A program made the position numbers and the translations under genes. Below the pieces are notes generated by a model. The model did not search any database and was not told the DNA's origin. It saw only the letters and a program-made list of their open reading frames with translations. A stretch of 64,000 bases of DNA from Calditrichota bacterium (GTDB taxonomy: Bacteria; Electryoneota; RPQS01), in contig JACJVZ010000001.1 of assembly GCA_020637445.1 (NCBI GenBank), positions 1,583,947 to 1,647,946 of the forward strand, read 5' to 3'. Shown in pieces: positions 9,400 to 18,586 of this stretch (positions are counted from its first letter, which is position 1; the number at the start of each line of letters is the position of its first letter).

Positions 9400-9765
9400 T
9401 TAGCCTGTGCGCGAAACGTAACTTTTAGCAGTTTTGCCGTTGCGATAACCGGCCGCAGCGCCTTTTCTGCGATTCACTCCTGCGAGCCTGCGGTCAAGCA
9501 CGTTCAGCTCGTTTTCAAGCTGACGCATGACATACTTGTCGGCGGCTTGAATCGCCAGAAGAGTTCGACGCTGTGCTTCGTTTAGGGGCTTCAGGCAGTT
9601 GACTTCTTGCAGCGTGTTTTCGCGCCGAGTTAGAAGTTCGTCGAGTCTGCCGACTTCTCTCTTTTGAGCGGCATCCCACAGAGCATCGGAGATCTGCCTG
9701 AGTTTTTCAAGCAGATCGTCCGATTTTCGTGAAGTTTTGGCAGTATGCTGTTCAGTCACTCTCAT
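9400..9765 (-). CDS. Hypothetical helical/coiled-coil protein directly downstream of flagellin 2 (FlaG/FliT/FlgN-type accessory protein is possible)
   Basis: 121 aa, 7-nt gaps on both sides, heptad-like LLEKLRQISDALWDAAQKREV...LENELNVLDRRLAG. No recognisable motif; context only. Confidence 0.45.
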   Translation of the reverse strand: MRVTEQHTAKTSRKSDDLLEKLRQISDALWDAAQKREVGRLDELLTRRENTLQEVNCLKPLNEAQRRTLLAIQAADKYVMRQLENELNVLDRRLAGVNRRKGAAAGYRNGKTAKSYVSRTG

Positions 9766-9772
9766 CCTTTAG

Positions 9773-10672
9773 TTAGCCGACCAATTGGGCGACAATATTC
9801 GGGACTTGATTCGCGGTACCCAGCATGGAGACGCCGGTCTGCATCAGGATTTGCGCGCGGGTGAAGTTCGACATTTCTTCGGCGAAGTCCGCGTCACGGA
9901 TTTGCGATTCGGAGGCGGTCGCATTTTCCTTAGAGATTTTCAGATTCAGAATCGTATTCTGAAGTCTAGTGACCATTGACCCGAGGAACGTACGCGTCGT
10001 GTCCTTGGAGTTGATGGCTTCAATCAAGGATACGATAGCGCTCTGGGCACTGGCGGTGTTGGAGACATCCAGCCCGTCGACTCCGAGGTCAGACGCCGTC
10101 ATACCAGCGATATTGATATAGTAGTAGTCCTGTCCGACGACGTTATTTTCGCCGATGTGGAACTTAATTGAAGTCGCTTCGGCGGCGGTAGAGACCGCGT
10201 TGTATCCGAGTGCCGTCGTAGGATCCGTGCTTTGCGTCGACGCCGACCGCGAACCGTCCAGCAGATAGTATCCGTTGTAGTTAGCGGTGCGTGCGATGCG
10301 GTCCATTTCGCTTTTGAGCTGTTGGAACTCGACGTTGGCGACTTGGCGATCGAAGGTCGTAAGAACACCGTTTGCAGCCTGAATGGCAATGGCGCGCATA
10401 CGGATCAGCTTTTCATCTATTACAGCCAGCGCGCCTTCGGCGGTCTGCATCATATTGATGTTGTAGTTCGCGTTCTTTTCGGCTTCGACCATTCCGGAAA
10501 TCGAAGAGCGCAGGCGCTCGCTGATTCCCAAACCGGTGGGATCATCCCACGCGTAATTTATTCGAAGTCCACTCGACAATCGCTGAACGGCCGAATCGAG
10601 GTCGTTCTGGGCCGTCCATACGGCGCGCTGGGCGCCAAGCGACAGCAAGTTGTGATTGATTCTCGTACTCAT
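9773..10672 (-). CDS. fliC: Flagellin (paralog 2)
   Basis: 299 aa. The N- and C-terminal ~100 aa are nearly identical to paralog 1. The middle (about residues 140-200) has diverged. Confidence 0.9.
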   Translation of the reverse strand: MSTRINHNLLSLGAQRAVWTAQNDLDSAVQRLSSGLRINYAWDDPTGLGISERLRSSISGMVEAEKNANYNINMMQTAEGALAVIDEKLIRMRAIAIQAANGVLTTFDRQVANVEFQQLKSEMDRIARTANYNGYYLLDGSRSASTQSTDPTTALGYNAVSTAAEATSIKFHIGENNVVGQDYYYINIAGMTASDLGVDGLDVSNTASAQSAIVSLIEAINSKDTTRTFLGSMVTRLQNTILNLKISKENATASESQIRDADFAEEMSNFTRAQILMQTGVSMLGTANQVPNIVAQLVG

Positions 10673-10700
10673 GTTACTCCCGTGATTTAGGTTTCACCCG

Positions 10701-11075
10701 CTAATCGCGGGACAATTTCTTCAACAGATAGTCCGACATTGCGCGGGCGAGTTCCGCCATCGGATCGTTGCTCTGCGGACGTTCGACGTCAACTTTACGC
10801 AGTAATTCAAGTTTGCGCTTGGCTCCATCGAGCGTGTAGCCTTGGACCTTCACCAGATAGTTGATCTTTTCCAGATCAGCGATGCTCTTCTCGTCATAGC
10901 GGCGCTGGTTTCCGGTGGTGCGCAAGGGCTCAAGATAGCTTTCAAACTCCTTTTCCCAGTAGCGGATGGTCGGCTTCGGAATTCCGGTGATAGCGTGGAC
11001 CTGTCCGATGGAATAGAGCTTGGGGCCTTTGGGCGACCTTGCGCGGGGGACAGTCAAAAGTTCTTCGTGTTTCAT
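10701..11075 (-). CDS. MerR-family transcriptional regulator
   Basis: 124 aa. HTH YSIGQVHAITGIPKPTIRYWEKEF, then RRYDEKSIADLEKINYLVKVQGYTLDGAKRKLE (the MerR dimerisation-helix pattern). Confidence 0.7.
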   Translation of the reverse strand: MKHEELLTVPRARSPKGPKLYSIGQVHAITGIPKPTIRYWEKEFESYLEPLRTTGNQRRYDEKSIADLEKINYLVKVQGYTLDGAKRKLELLRKVDVERPQSNDPMAELARAMSDYLLKKLSRD

Positions 11076-11114
11076 GACAAGTACTCCAGATGATTCAGAT
11101 TCCTTACACTCAGG

Positions 11115-11142
11115 TTATCGGAATACTGGTTCAAGAACTTTA
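11115..11142 (-). promoter_or_regulatory. Sigma-28-like promoter upstream of the merR-like gene (and probably flagellin 2, the hypothetical gene and the asnB-like gene)
   Basis: Minus strand reads TAAAGTTC-N12-TCCGATAA. Both hexamers are 7/8 to consensus and the spacer is 1 nt longer than canonical. It lies about 35 nt upstream of the start. Confidence 0.45.
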
Positions 11143-11166
11143 ATTTGTTCCATGGGTCACTAATTT

Positions 11167-11775
11167 CTAAGCGGTCGGCAGATTGTCCACTGCCTGTACC
11201 ATACAGTCGTAGCATTGCTTTAAGGCTTGCGGTAGTTTGTATTCAAGTTGGTCGGCCAAGGCCGTGTAATCGCCGGAGGTTTGGGCGGCCAGTACTTTGT
11301 CTAAGACGGGGACGAGAGCACCTCCTGCTTCGTTCAGCCGTGCGTGTAAACCGCCGGCAATCGGCTTACTTTTCAAGGCGAGTGACGTTCCTTTGAGCGA
11401 AAGCGTCAAGCGGTCGAGCACATCGGCGAGTTGCTGGTTAGCGGCAAACTCGTCACCAACGCGGTAACGTGCTGCGACACTCGGAACATCGTGCTGAACT
11501 TGCCTGTACATCTGAATGGAGTCCTTCAAGATTTGCTCAGAAACAACGTCCGGATCTTGCACCGTCAGCTCTAGTTTATTGACGCGGGTCACGGGAGTTG
11601 CAAGCTGCCGCCTGCGGCGGAATCCACTTTCGACAGGTACTCCGTCGATTGATGCTGCAAGCATGACTTTTCCGCCGTTATGGATTTCGGACTGAACTTC
11701 GGAGAGAACTTGTCCGACCTCCATTTCGCCGGTCGCTTCGCGTCCGAGCTCAAGACCGTTCAAATAGATCTTCAT
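11167..11775 (-). CDS. Hypothetical protein, last gene of the flgF...glycosylation unit
   Basis: 202 aa with no recognisable motif. Its start overlaps the GT9 stop by 4 nt, implying co-translation. Confidence 0.5.
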   Translation of the reverse strand: MKIYLNGLELGREATGEMEVGQVLSEVQSEIHNGGKVMLAASIDGVPVESGFRRRRQLATPVTRVNKLELTVQDPDVVSEQILKDSIQMYRQVQHDVPSVAARYRVGDEFAANQQLADVLDRLTLSLKGTSLALKSKPIAGGLHARLNEAGGALVPVLDKVLAAQTSGDYTALADQLEYKLPQALKQCYDCMVQAVDNLPTA

Positions 11776-13325
11776 AAGACTGCCTCTTTATGATGTGATT
11801 TAATGAAATCGAAAGTTGAAGTCGCTTTCAACAATGGTTGAAGTTCACGGACTGCTTCATGAAATCGTCCGTACAGTGATTCAAGCTCCGCTGCCATTTC
11901 TGAAATCGATTCACCGCCAACACTGGCACGGGCGATTTGCAGAAAGTGGTTCACGTGGTGAAGCGGCGGATGTTTCAAGAGTTCTTTTGCGAGAGCATGT
12001 TCGGCGCTGGACAGAGCCGACGCACGGGAAGCAAGTCTTTTGACGTCCGCAGAAGCCGCATATATGTCGTGCGCACTCTTTCTGGCGTCATCGAAGGAGC
12101 GACTAAGCACTGACGTATTGTTTTCCGCTGTTCGACCGCGCAATCCAATCACCGACCACCAAACCCTGCGCAGAACACTCTGCCACTGGTCATAACGTTT
12201 GTGCTCGCCGCTTACGGACACCAACTCAAGACCGGGGATGTCGGCGCTGCCCGCCGTTCGATAGATCGAACACCCGGGGGAATCGATGAACTGCATGTGC
12301 TGATCGAAATGCGATTCGATCAGAGACATAACCGTTTCCACGGTCACGCGTTCTGCGGAAGCCGACGTCACAGTTTTGTTCGGAATCCTCTCGAGCACTT
12401 GATCGAGGTGCGGCTGGATGACATACGATCCCTCCATATAAGGCGCGGTTTCAAACCCATGTGCACTCCCACCTTCAATTGCGATAATCGGAAGCCCTGA
12501 GGCCGCAGCAACATGCACAGGGCCGGAATCGGCTGAAACCAAGAGGCTCGCATTTGCAAACAAGCTCTGCAGGTCCTCTACCGACGTTTGACCCATCCGG
12601 TCGGTAAAATACTTATGCACCGGAAATGCACTGCTGATTTCGGAGGACCTTTTCCCACCGATTAGCGTCACGCGCGCGCCTCTATCAAGCAAAAGATCGC
12701 TTAGCTCGACGAAACGGTTTAGCGGCCACTGTTTGTCAGACTGAGATGCTCCAGCATGAATTACGATCTCGGCATCTTGCCACCGGTTGACACTTCTGCC
12801 AAAAGCAGGTTTCCCGACCTGCGGCAATCGAGAATTGAAATCGACGGCTGGTTCAACCGCATTTACGTAGACATCAATCAGATTAAATGAACTCCACGGA
12901 CGAGCTAAGTTCGTCGCGAAGAAATATTGCAGCCAAGGGTTTCGCACAACTTGAGATCCGTCATTATCCAACGTCACGCCTTGCACCGTGTTTCCTGTCA
13001 GGCGTGACATAACCATCGAAGGCCGGGTGTGCGTGAGATTGAACACGACATCAAAAGCCGAGTCGGCGAGCCAAGCGGCAAGTTTCGCATGATCGCGAAG
13101 AGGAAGTCCGCTTACACGGGAATCAAGTCCGCCAAGCAGCGGCTCGAAATCGATATCAAAGATCTCGTCAGCTCCGTTTAGCAGACGAGCAACCGGCAGG
13201 AACGACTTTTCGACCAGCAACGTGACATGATCGGCACTGCCGGACCTGCGAAGCGCACGCAGCATCGGCTCAGTTTGAATCAAATCGCCGAGTCTCGTGA
13301 CCGCAATGACCAGAGCTCTCCTCAT
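11772..13325 (-). CDS. GT9-family (heptosyltransferase-like) glycosyltransferase with a C-terminal extension
   Basis: 517 aa. N-terminal VIAVTRLGDLIQTEPMLRAL and SADSGPVHVAAASGLPII are the typical ADP-heptose:LPS heptosyltransferase (GT-B) signatures. Confidence 0.7.
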   Translation of the reverse strand: MRRALVIAVTRLGDLIQTEPMLRALRRSGSADHVTLLVEKSFLPVARLLNGADEIFDIDFEPLLGGLDSRVSGLPLRDHAKLAAWLADSAFDVVFNLTHTRPSMVMSRLTGNTVQGVTLDNDGSQVVRNPWLQYFFATNLARPWSSFNLIDVYVNAVEPAVDFNSRLPQVGKPAFGRSVNRWQDAEIVIHAGASQSDKQWPLNRFVELSDLLLDRGARVTLIGGKRSSEISSAFPVHKYFTDRMGQTSVEDLQSLFANASLLVSADSGPVHVAAASGLPIIAIEGGSAHGFETAPYMEGSYVIQPHLDQVLERIPNKTVTSASAERVTVETVMSLIESHFDQHMQFIDSPGCSIYRTAGSADIPGLELVSVSGEHKRYDQWQSVLRRVWWSVIGLRGRTAENNTSVLSRSFDDARKSAHDIYAASADVKRLASRASALSSAEHALAKELLKHPPLHHVNHFLQIARASVGGESISEMAAELESLYGRFHEAVRELQPLLKATSTFDFIKSHHKEAVL

Positions 13326-14626
13326 CAGCCGATGGCGCCTTTCTCAATTCCCCAATTTCGAAACTCGTGCATCATGAGAATTGTTAACTCCGATCGCGAC
13401 AATTTCTTCCCGGAGTTGCCGACTTTTGCAACAAGATCAGCAAGCCGTGCCGGCCGAGCATCGTCAAACTGCGAAAGAAATGCCGTCAACTCGTCGTCGC
13501 CCCATGCGGCCGTTTTCAGATCGGCAATCGTAGGATTCACGTGCTTCTGACTCTGGACTGGCACCGCGAACATAAACTTCAAGGCTTCGCGAATGCGGTG
13601 AACATATGTATGTTCGCGCAAAACCCGGTCACGCGAACATGCCGCCCTCTCTTGCCGTTCCGCAGGGTGCGCGTGAAAATACTGAACTGCTTCGCGAAGC
13701 TCGGTTTCAGTGTCCACGATACAAATCTCGTCAGGCGAAAACAAATCGGACAATGGTTCTTGTCGATTTACTATTTGAAATCCTCCACAGGCCGCGATCT
13801 CAAATGTCCGCGGATTAACAAAGTCTCCGCATTGCAGCGTTTCGGCTCCGACGGCACTATGAATGTTCAGATTGACATCCGTACAGTTGTAAATCAATGC
13901 CGTTTCTTCGGGTGCAACACGCCTTCCGCCATCTTGCAGTTTTGAGTTCCACGCGGGCGGCCAGTCGTTTCCCCACAGCTTGAGACCATCAAGATCGAGG
14001 CGGCCAAAGAGATCAACACGATTTATGTAGCCGGCGCCGACAAAGGAAACTGGACTTCCGTATTTCACACGATCTGAATTGCTCACGTCAAGCGGGCGAT
14101 GCAGGTTTGGATTTGCGGCAACGGGCAAGTAGTAGACTGCTCTCGCTCCAGCTTGTTTCAGAGCGTCAGCAGCCGTGCCGGTTTGAATCGTAAAGACAAC
14201 GTCATATTCTTGTGCAAGATATTTCCAATACTCGAACCGCCTCACGTCTTCAACGAACCATAACGCCGTCTTGATTCCCGATTCCCGCAATCGGCGCAGT
14301 CCCGCAATGGTAACGGGAGACTGCGCGGTGTACCACACGATATCCGCTTTTGTTTCGATAGCGCGCTCAACGGTAACGTCGCTGAGGAGCTCCGCAAGTC
14401 GACCTTGCAGCTTTTTGAACTCACTTCCCACTCCGCTCTCGCCAATACCGGCATACAAGGAATAGTAGGAGTCAAAGCCCAATAGCAGGCACTCGTGTCC
14501 AAGTTCAGTGAAGGCTTCGGCCGCGTGGTAAGCCAACGGCAAACTTCCGCCGTAGAGAGGCGTCGGCACGACCACTTTTAGTTTCGGCGTTGCGGTATCC
14601 GTTGCCGGTTTTTTAAATGAAATCAT
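13325..14626 (-). CDS. CgeB-like glycosyltransferase (Glyco_trans_1_2 / DUF3880 family)
   Basis: 433 aa. FVNPRTFEIAACGGFQIVN matches the CgeB-family C-terminal motif. It sits within a block of glycosyltransferases. Confidence 0.6.
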   Translation of the reverse strand: MISFKKPATDTATPKLKVVVPTPLYGGSLPLAYHAAEAFTELGHECLLLGFDSYYSLYAGIGESGVGSEFKKLQGRLAELLSDVTVERAIETKADIVWYTAQSPVTIAGLRRLRESGIKTALWFVEDVRRFEYWKYLAQEYDVVFTIQTGTAADALKQAGARAVYYLPVAANPNLHRPLDVSNSDRVKYGSPVSFVGAGYINRVDLFGRLDLDGLKLWGNDWPPAWNSKLQDGGRRVAPEETALIYNCTDVNLNIHSAVGAETLQCGDFVNPRTFEIAACGGFQIVNRQEPLSDLFSPDEICIVDTETELREAVQYFHAHPAERQERAACSRDRVLREHTYVHRIREALKFMFAVPVQSQKHVNPTIADLKTAAWGDDELTAFLSQFDDARPARLADLVAKVGNSGKKLSRSELTILMMHEFRNWGIEKGAIG

Positions 14627-15794
14627 TTGCTGTTTCTATGACCAAACTTCGTCGACCCTGTTCACGGGACAACTCGGTTTCAAATTCAACCGGATAAAGC
14701 CGTTTGAACCCTCGTACTTCATCATCACCGGGCATGACCATATGGTAAAGGAATCTCTCTCCGTTTCTGGTCGCCCATTGGCTCGCGGCGCTGCGCATAA
14801 AATTGAATTTTGGTACGCGCAGATTAATATTCGCCGATTCCCGTTGACTTCCTTGAGCATACTCGCCACTTTTGTCGCTCATGTCCATCCCAATCATGAA
14901 CAACGCGCCGCGAGTTATCTTGCTGCAGAAGTCTGCCGCTGCGAGTCCTGTGGATCCTCCAGAGGTTTCAAGGCCAAGTTCCTCAACTGCAAGATAACGG
15001 TCAAGACGTTTCTGTCGCAAAGCGGCCGGGTCGGTCCACGGGAAGAAAATCACTTTTGAACCGTCGGCCGCGGTCTCCAAGTCTCGTTCGGTTGTTTCCC
15101 GCGCTTCCATGGCAACAATCCAGTCCGCGTTGATGCCGTGCTTCGACAATGCGGGCACTGCGCCCGACGCGGCGACCAAACACAGCTCAGAACGACGTTC
15201 GGTAAGCGTACTGATTGCCGCAGAAAGAGTTGGCCCCGCTCCCAGGGCGACTCCTATTTTGTTTGATTTGCACTTTTTAAAACTTAGCGGCTTCATAGAT
15301 TCAAGTTCATCGCCATTTACGACGATATTTCTATTGATCAGATCACGGTAGAGTTGCTGCGACTGCTGAGTTACGTGAATAAATGAAATGTAATCCGCAA
15401 GAGACTGCGGCAGCTTGTCGCGAAGCGAAAGAACATAGGGCAAGATAATGATGCGCGTTTGAGGAGGCATTCCGGCCACGATGCTCTTCAGATCGTGATC
15501 CGACTTCGCAAATGCGTCACAGCGGGTACCTGTGTTGCCAGACTCTGCATCGATGAGCTCAGGAAATACTTCAACTGAGTGGCAGGCAATCCCGACGGCT
15601 TTTAGAGCCTGAGGCACATATCCAAGTCCGTGGCCGATACAAAGTACACGCTGAACTTGTTGTTGGGCGAGAGCAACAGCGACGGACTCCGCCTCGGCAA
15701 GAGGATCAACGCCGCTGTGCAAGAGTACACCGGAAGCTGCGTGACGCAAAACCAGCGGGCCGGATTCTGATGCTATATTTTCAAAAACGATCAC
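14613..15794 (-). CDS. DUF115/Maf-like (motility accessory factor; MptE-like fold) putative flagellin glycosyltransferase
   Basis: 393 aa. The glycine-rich IGVALGAGPTLSAA resembles the Maf/DUF115 GxGPSL motif. It lies in a flagellin-proximal GT cluster. Assignment is by motif and context only. Confidence 0.5.
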   Translation of the reverse strand: MIVFENIASESGPLVLRHAASGVLLHSGVDPLAEAESVAVALAQQQVQRVLCIGHGLGYVPQALKAVGIACHSVEVFPELIDAESGNTGTRCDAFAKSDHDLKSIVAGMPPQTRIIILPYVLSLRDKLPQSLADYISFIHVTQQSQQLYRDLINRNIVVNGDELESMKPLSFKKCKSNKIGVALGAGPTLSAAISTLTERRSELCLVAASGAVPALSKHGINADWIVAMEARETTERDLETAADGSKVIFFPWTDPAALRQKRLDRYLAVEELGLETSGGSTGLAAADFCSKITRGALFMIGMDMSDKSGEYAQGSQRESANINLRVPKFNFMRSAASQWATRNGERFLYHMVMPGDDEVRGFKRLYPVEFETELSREQGRRSLVIETANDFI

Positions 15795-18586
15795 AGCACG
15801 CCCGCGAGATCTTCGTAAATTTGTTCTGCGGGTTGTTTCCTTTGAAACTTCGGGAACAACTCCGCAAGCATTTCGTGCCGCCCAACGCTTGCTCTTAGAA
15901 TCTCACGCATTGAGCTAACCTCCCCCGTCCTCCGCAACCTACTTTGATCTCCCATGCTGCTTGTGATTGCCTCAATCCATGATTGCGTGTCATTGTTTAC
16001 GAGCAGATTCTCCGCGAGCGGAGAAAGGACACTCTTGTAGGGTTCAACATTCGAAAACAAACAACCAGCATTCATTCCAACGTATTCGAACGCCTTGATC
16101 GGAGATCGTGCGGCGTTGTGAGGTGAATCCGCCAAAGGAACAATCCACAAGTCAATCGGAACGCGCTGAATCCTCTCCAAGTGCGTCTTGTAGTCGCTGC
16201 ACCATGCGCCACCTCTCCGTGCTTTTGGGTGCGACGACAATTCACCGGGATGCGCTCCCCACCAATAAAAGTGCACAGCATCCTCTAATTCCAAGAGATA
16301 TTCGAGCGCCGGTGCGACTAAGGCAAAGTCCGTCTGATGTACGGCTCCGCCGGCGTAACCAATGTTGAACACTCCAGGCGAAGGATGGTAACTTGTGGTT
16401 TCGAAATGGCAAACAGCAGGTTTCGTATCTATGACAATGCGTCGACACCGAGCCATCGCATTCTGCCGTACGACTTCCTCCGTCGCACCTACAAATAGCG
16501 CCGCATGATCGATCAACTCTTTGACGGACTCTTCGTACTCGCGTCGCTTCTGAGCACGCAACGAGCCTCTTGGGAACCGTTCTATCAAGATGTCATCGCA
16601 ATCGTAGATCAATTGACCTGCATGTGCACGAGCCCAATCAATCAGCTTTTCTTGCACACTTTTTGAAGTCAAGGACCGAAATACCACGATTTGGTTGGCA
16701 TTCTTGATTGCGGCACTACACTCCTCGCTCGATGCCGTCCGCGTACAAATCCACTTAAGATCTATGCCTTCAGTCAGCCCAATTGTCGAGAGAGGTTCCC
16801 GCCATCTCAACACTGCCGCTGTGCTCACTTCAGATTCCTCCGAAAGAATCACAAGTGGCGTCTGACTTTGTTCTGACGAAGCGATTTCCCCCACTTTCCA
16901 AATACTAGCGCTCCATCGGTCGAGCAACACATTCAAGTTCTCATCATCGTGCTCGAATCTCTCTGGAGATGAGCCACCATAATGAAGAATGTCACAGTCG
17001 GCGATTTTGAAGGAAACACCTGAGGCTTGTGCCCTTAGACATAGGTCGACATCTTCGTATCCATTGCGAAAGCGCTCGTCAAATCCGCCCAGTTTCATGA
17101 ACAGAGACCGCTCGATTAACAACGCCGCGGCACTAACGCCATCAAGTGCGGCATTGCGCGCGACCCAATTTCCGTGTGATTCCTCCGTAACTTCCCGCCC
17201 ATCGAACGAAAAACCGGACGATTGAAGCAAACCATCCCAATGGCGCAATCTCGGGCCGACAATGGTTCCATTCTGCCGTTCGGAAACTAATTTCAGAAGC
17301 TGGTCACCACTAATTTCACAATCATCATTTAGAAAGAGCAGCCACGTTCCGCTTGCGAGCATTGCGCCTTTGTTACAGGCTTCGGCAAACGTCCTCGGGT
17401 TTGCTGAAATGTCCGATACGATACCCTTCCGAAGTCGAGCAAATTGCTCCTCAGCCGGAGATAGCCCGCTGCTCATCACGATGATCTCCGTGCTAAGCAG
17501 ATCAGAAATAGTCCAAAGTTGCTTCAGCAAGACATCTGTATAGTGAGTTTGCGCGTGTTCCGTGATGACGATACTCACGCGCTCATCGGAGTCAAGCCCG
17601 GAAGAATGCGAAGCGACTTCTCGTCCGGCGAGTGTGTCAACGATGAATCGCTCAACATTTCTTCTGAACGACTCATCTTGAGACTCCGCTTCGATGCACC
17701 TTGTGCGATTGCAAAGTGGGCCTGTTTGACCAACACGCGCGCCTGCGAAATACAAACCTATCACGTGTTTGCCAAGTGCGTCGGCATAATGCAATGCGCC
17801 TGTGTCCGGTCCAATAACACAACTACTTTCCATCAGATGGGTCCGCAATTCACTCAGCGAGGTTCGGCCGCGCAGATCCACTATTCTATCGTCAGAGGGA
17901 GGCCGCTGCGCAGGTATCCGCGAGCCGATTAGCTTGACCTGTTCGACACCTGCCTGCAGCAACACACCGCAAAGATGAGCAATCGACTCGTGTGTCAGAG
18001 ACCGGTCCACTGATCCAGCGTCACAAATCAGCACAGCTATTTGCCGTTCCCCTGGTAAACCATTTGGCATAAGCGACCTCGGCGGCCGCAGACTTCCAGA
18101 CGATTCTACGAGACTCTTCCACATTTCCGCAATGTGAAGACAGCGGCTACCTGTCAGAAGTTGCGTTTCAAAGTCACGCAGCAAATTGTCATCATCCGTA
18201 CCATACCCGAACTGTCGCGACGCGCGCATCGCAGACGCGAAGACTTTTGCGGCCTCGTGATTCGTAAGGTTGATGACGACGTCAAAGTGCTGGTCTTCAA
18301 TCATCTCACGCACGCTTGTCAATGACTCCGGAAGCAGCGCGTCCGTTCGACTCATCGCTGTCAAGGCTCCGAGATTCAGCGGCATGACACGGTCCACTTC
18401 CGGAAACGACATCACAATGTTCGCGTATGCCGAATCACACGAAAACGTGAGCGAAGCAGGATGAAAAATCCTCAGCGCCGCTTCACACAGAGGACGCGAA
18501 TGGAACAAGTCACCCAAACGCGCCCATTGTATGACAAGAATATTAGACGGCTGCTCCGACACGACTTTCCATGAAGCGCAGGGCAC
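15791..18586 (-). CDS. Multidomain glycosyltransferase (N-terminal GT9-like, central GT2 with DxD, C-terminal GT-B-like region)
   Basis: 931 aa. ILVIQWARLGDLFHSRPL is heptosyltransferase-like. IVITEHAQTHYTDVLL...LFLNDDCEI is a GT2 domain with a DDx motif. There is a further large C-terminal domain. Confidence 0.7.
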   Translation of the reverse strand: MPCASWKVVSEQPSNILVIQWARLGDLFHSRPLCEAALRIFHPASLTFSCDSAYANIVMSFPEVDRVMPLNLGALTAMSRTDALLPESLTSVREMIEDQHFDVVINLTNHEAAKVFASAMRASRQFGYGTDDDNLLRDFETQLLTGSRCLHIAEMWKSLVESSGSLRPPRSLMPNGLPGERQIAVLICDAGSVDRSLTHESIAHLCGVLLQAGVEQVKLIGSRIPAQRPPSDDRIVDLRGRTSLSELRTHLMESSCVIGPDTGALHYADALGKHVIGLYFAGARVGQTGPLCNRTRCIEAESQDESFRRNVERFIVDTLAGREVASHSSGLDSDERVSIVITEHAQTHYTDVLLKQLWTISDLLSTEIIVMSSGLSPAEEQFARLRKGIVSDISANPRTFAEACNKGAMLASGTWLLFLNDDCEISGDQLLKLVSERQNGTIVGPRLRHWDGLLQSSGFSFDGREVTEESHGNWVARNAALDGVSAAALLIERSLFMKLGGFDERFRNGYEDVDLCLRAQASGVSFKIADCDILHYGGSSPERFEHDDENLNVLLDRWSASIWKVGEIASSEQSQTPLVILSEESEVSTAAVLRWREPLSTIGLTEGIDLKWICTRTASSEECSAAIKNANQIVVFRSLTSKSVQEKLIDWARAHAGQLIYDCDDILIERFPRGSLRAQKRREYEESVKELIDHAALFVGATEEVVRQNAMARCRRIVIDTKPAVCHFETTSYHPSPGVFNIGYAGGAVHQTDFALVAPALEYLLELEDAVHFYWWGAHPGELSSHPKARRGGAWCSDYKTHLERIQRVPIDLWIVPLADSPHNAARSPIKAFEYVGMNAGCLFSNVEPYKSVLSPLAENLLVNNDTQSWIEAITSSMGDQSRLRRTGEVSSMREILRASVGRHEMLAELFPKFQRKQPAEQIYEDLAGVL

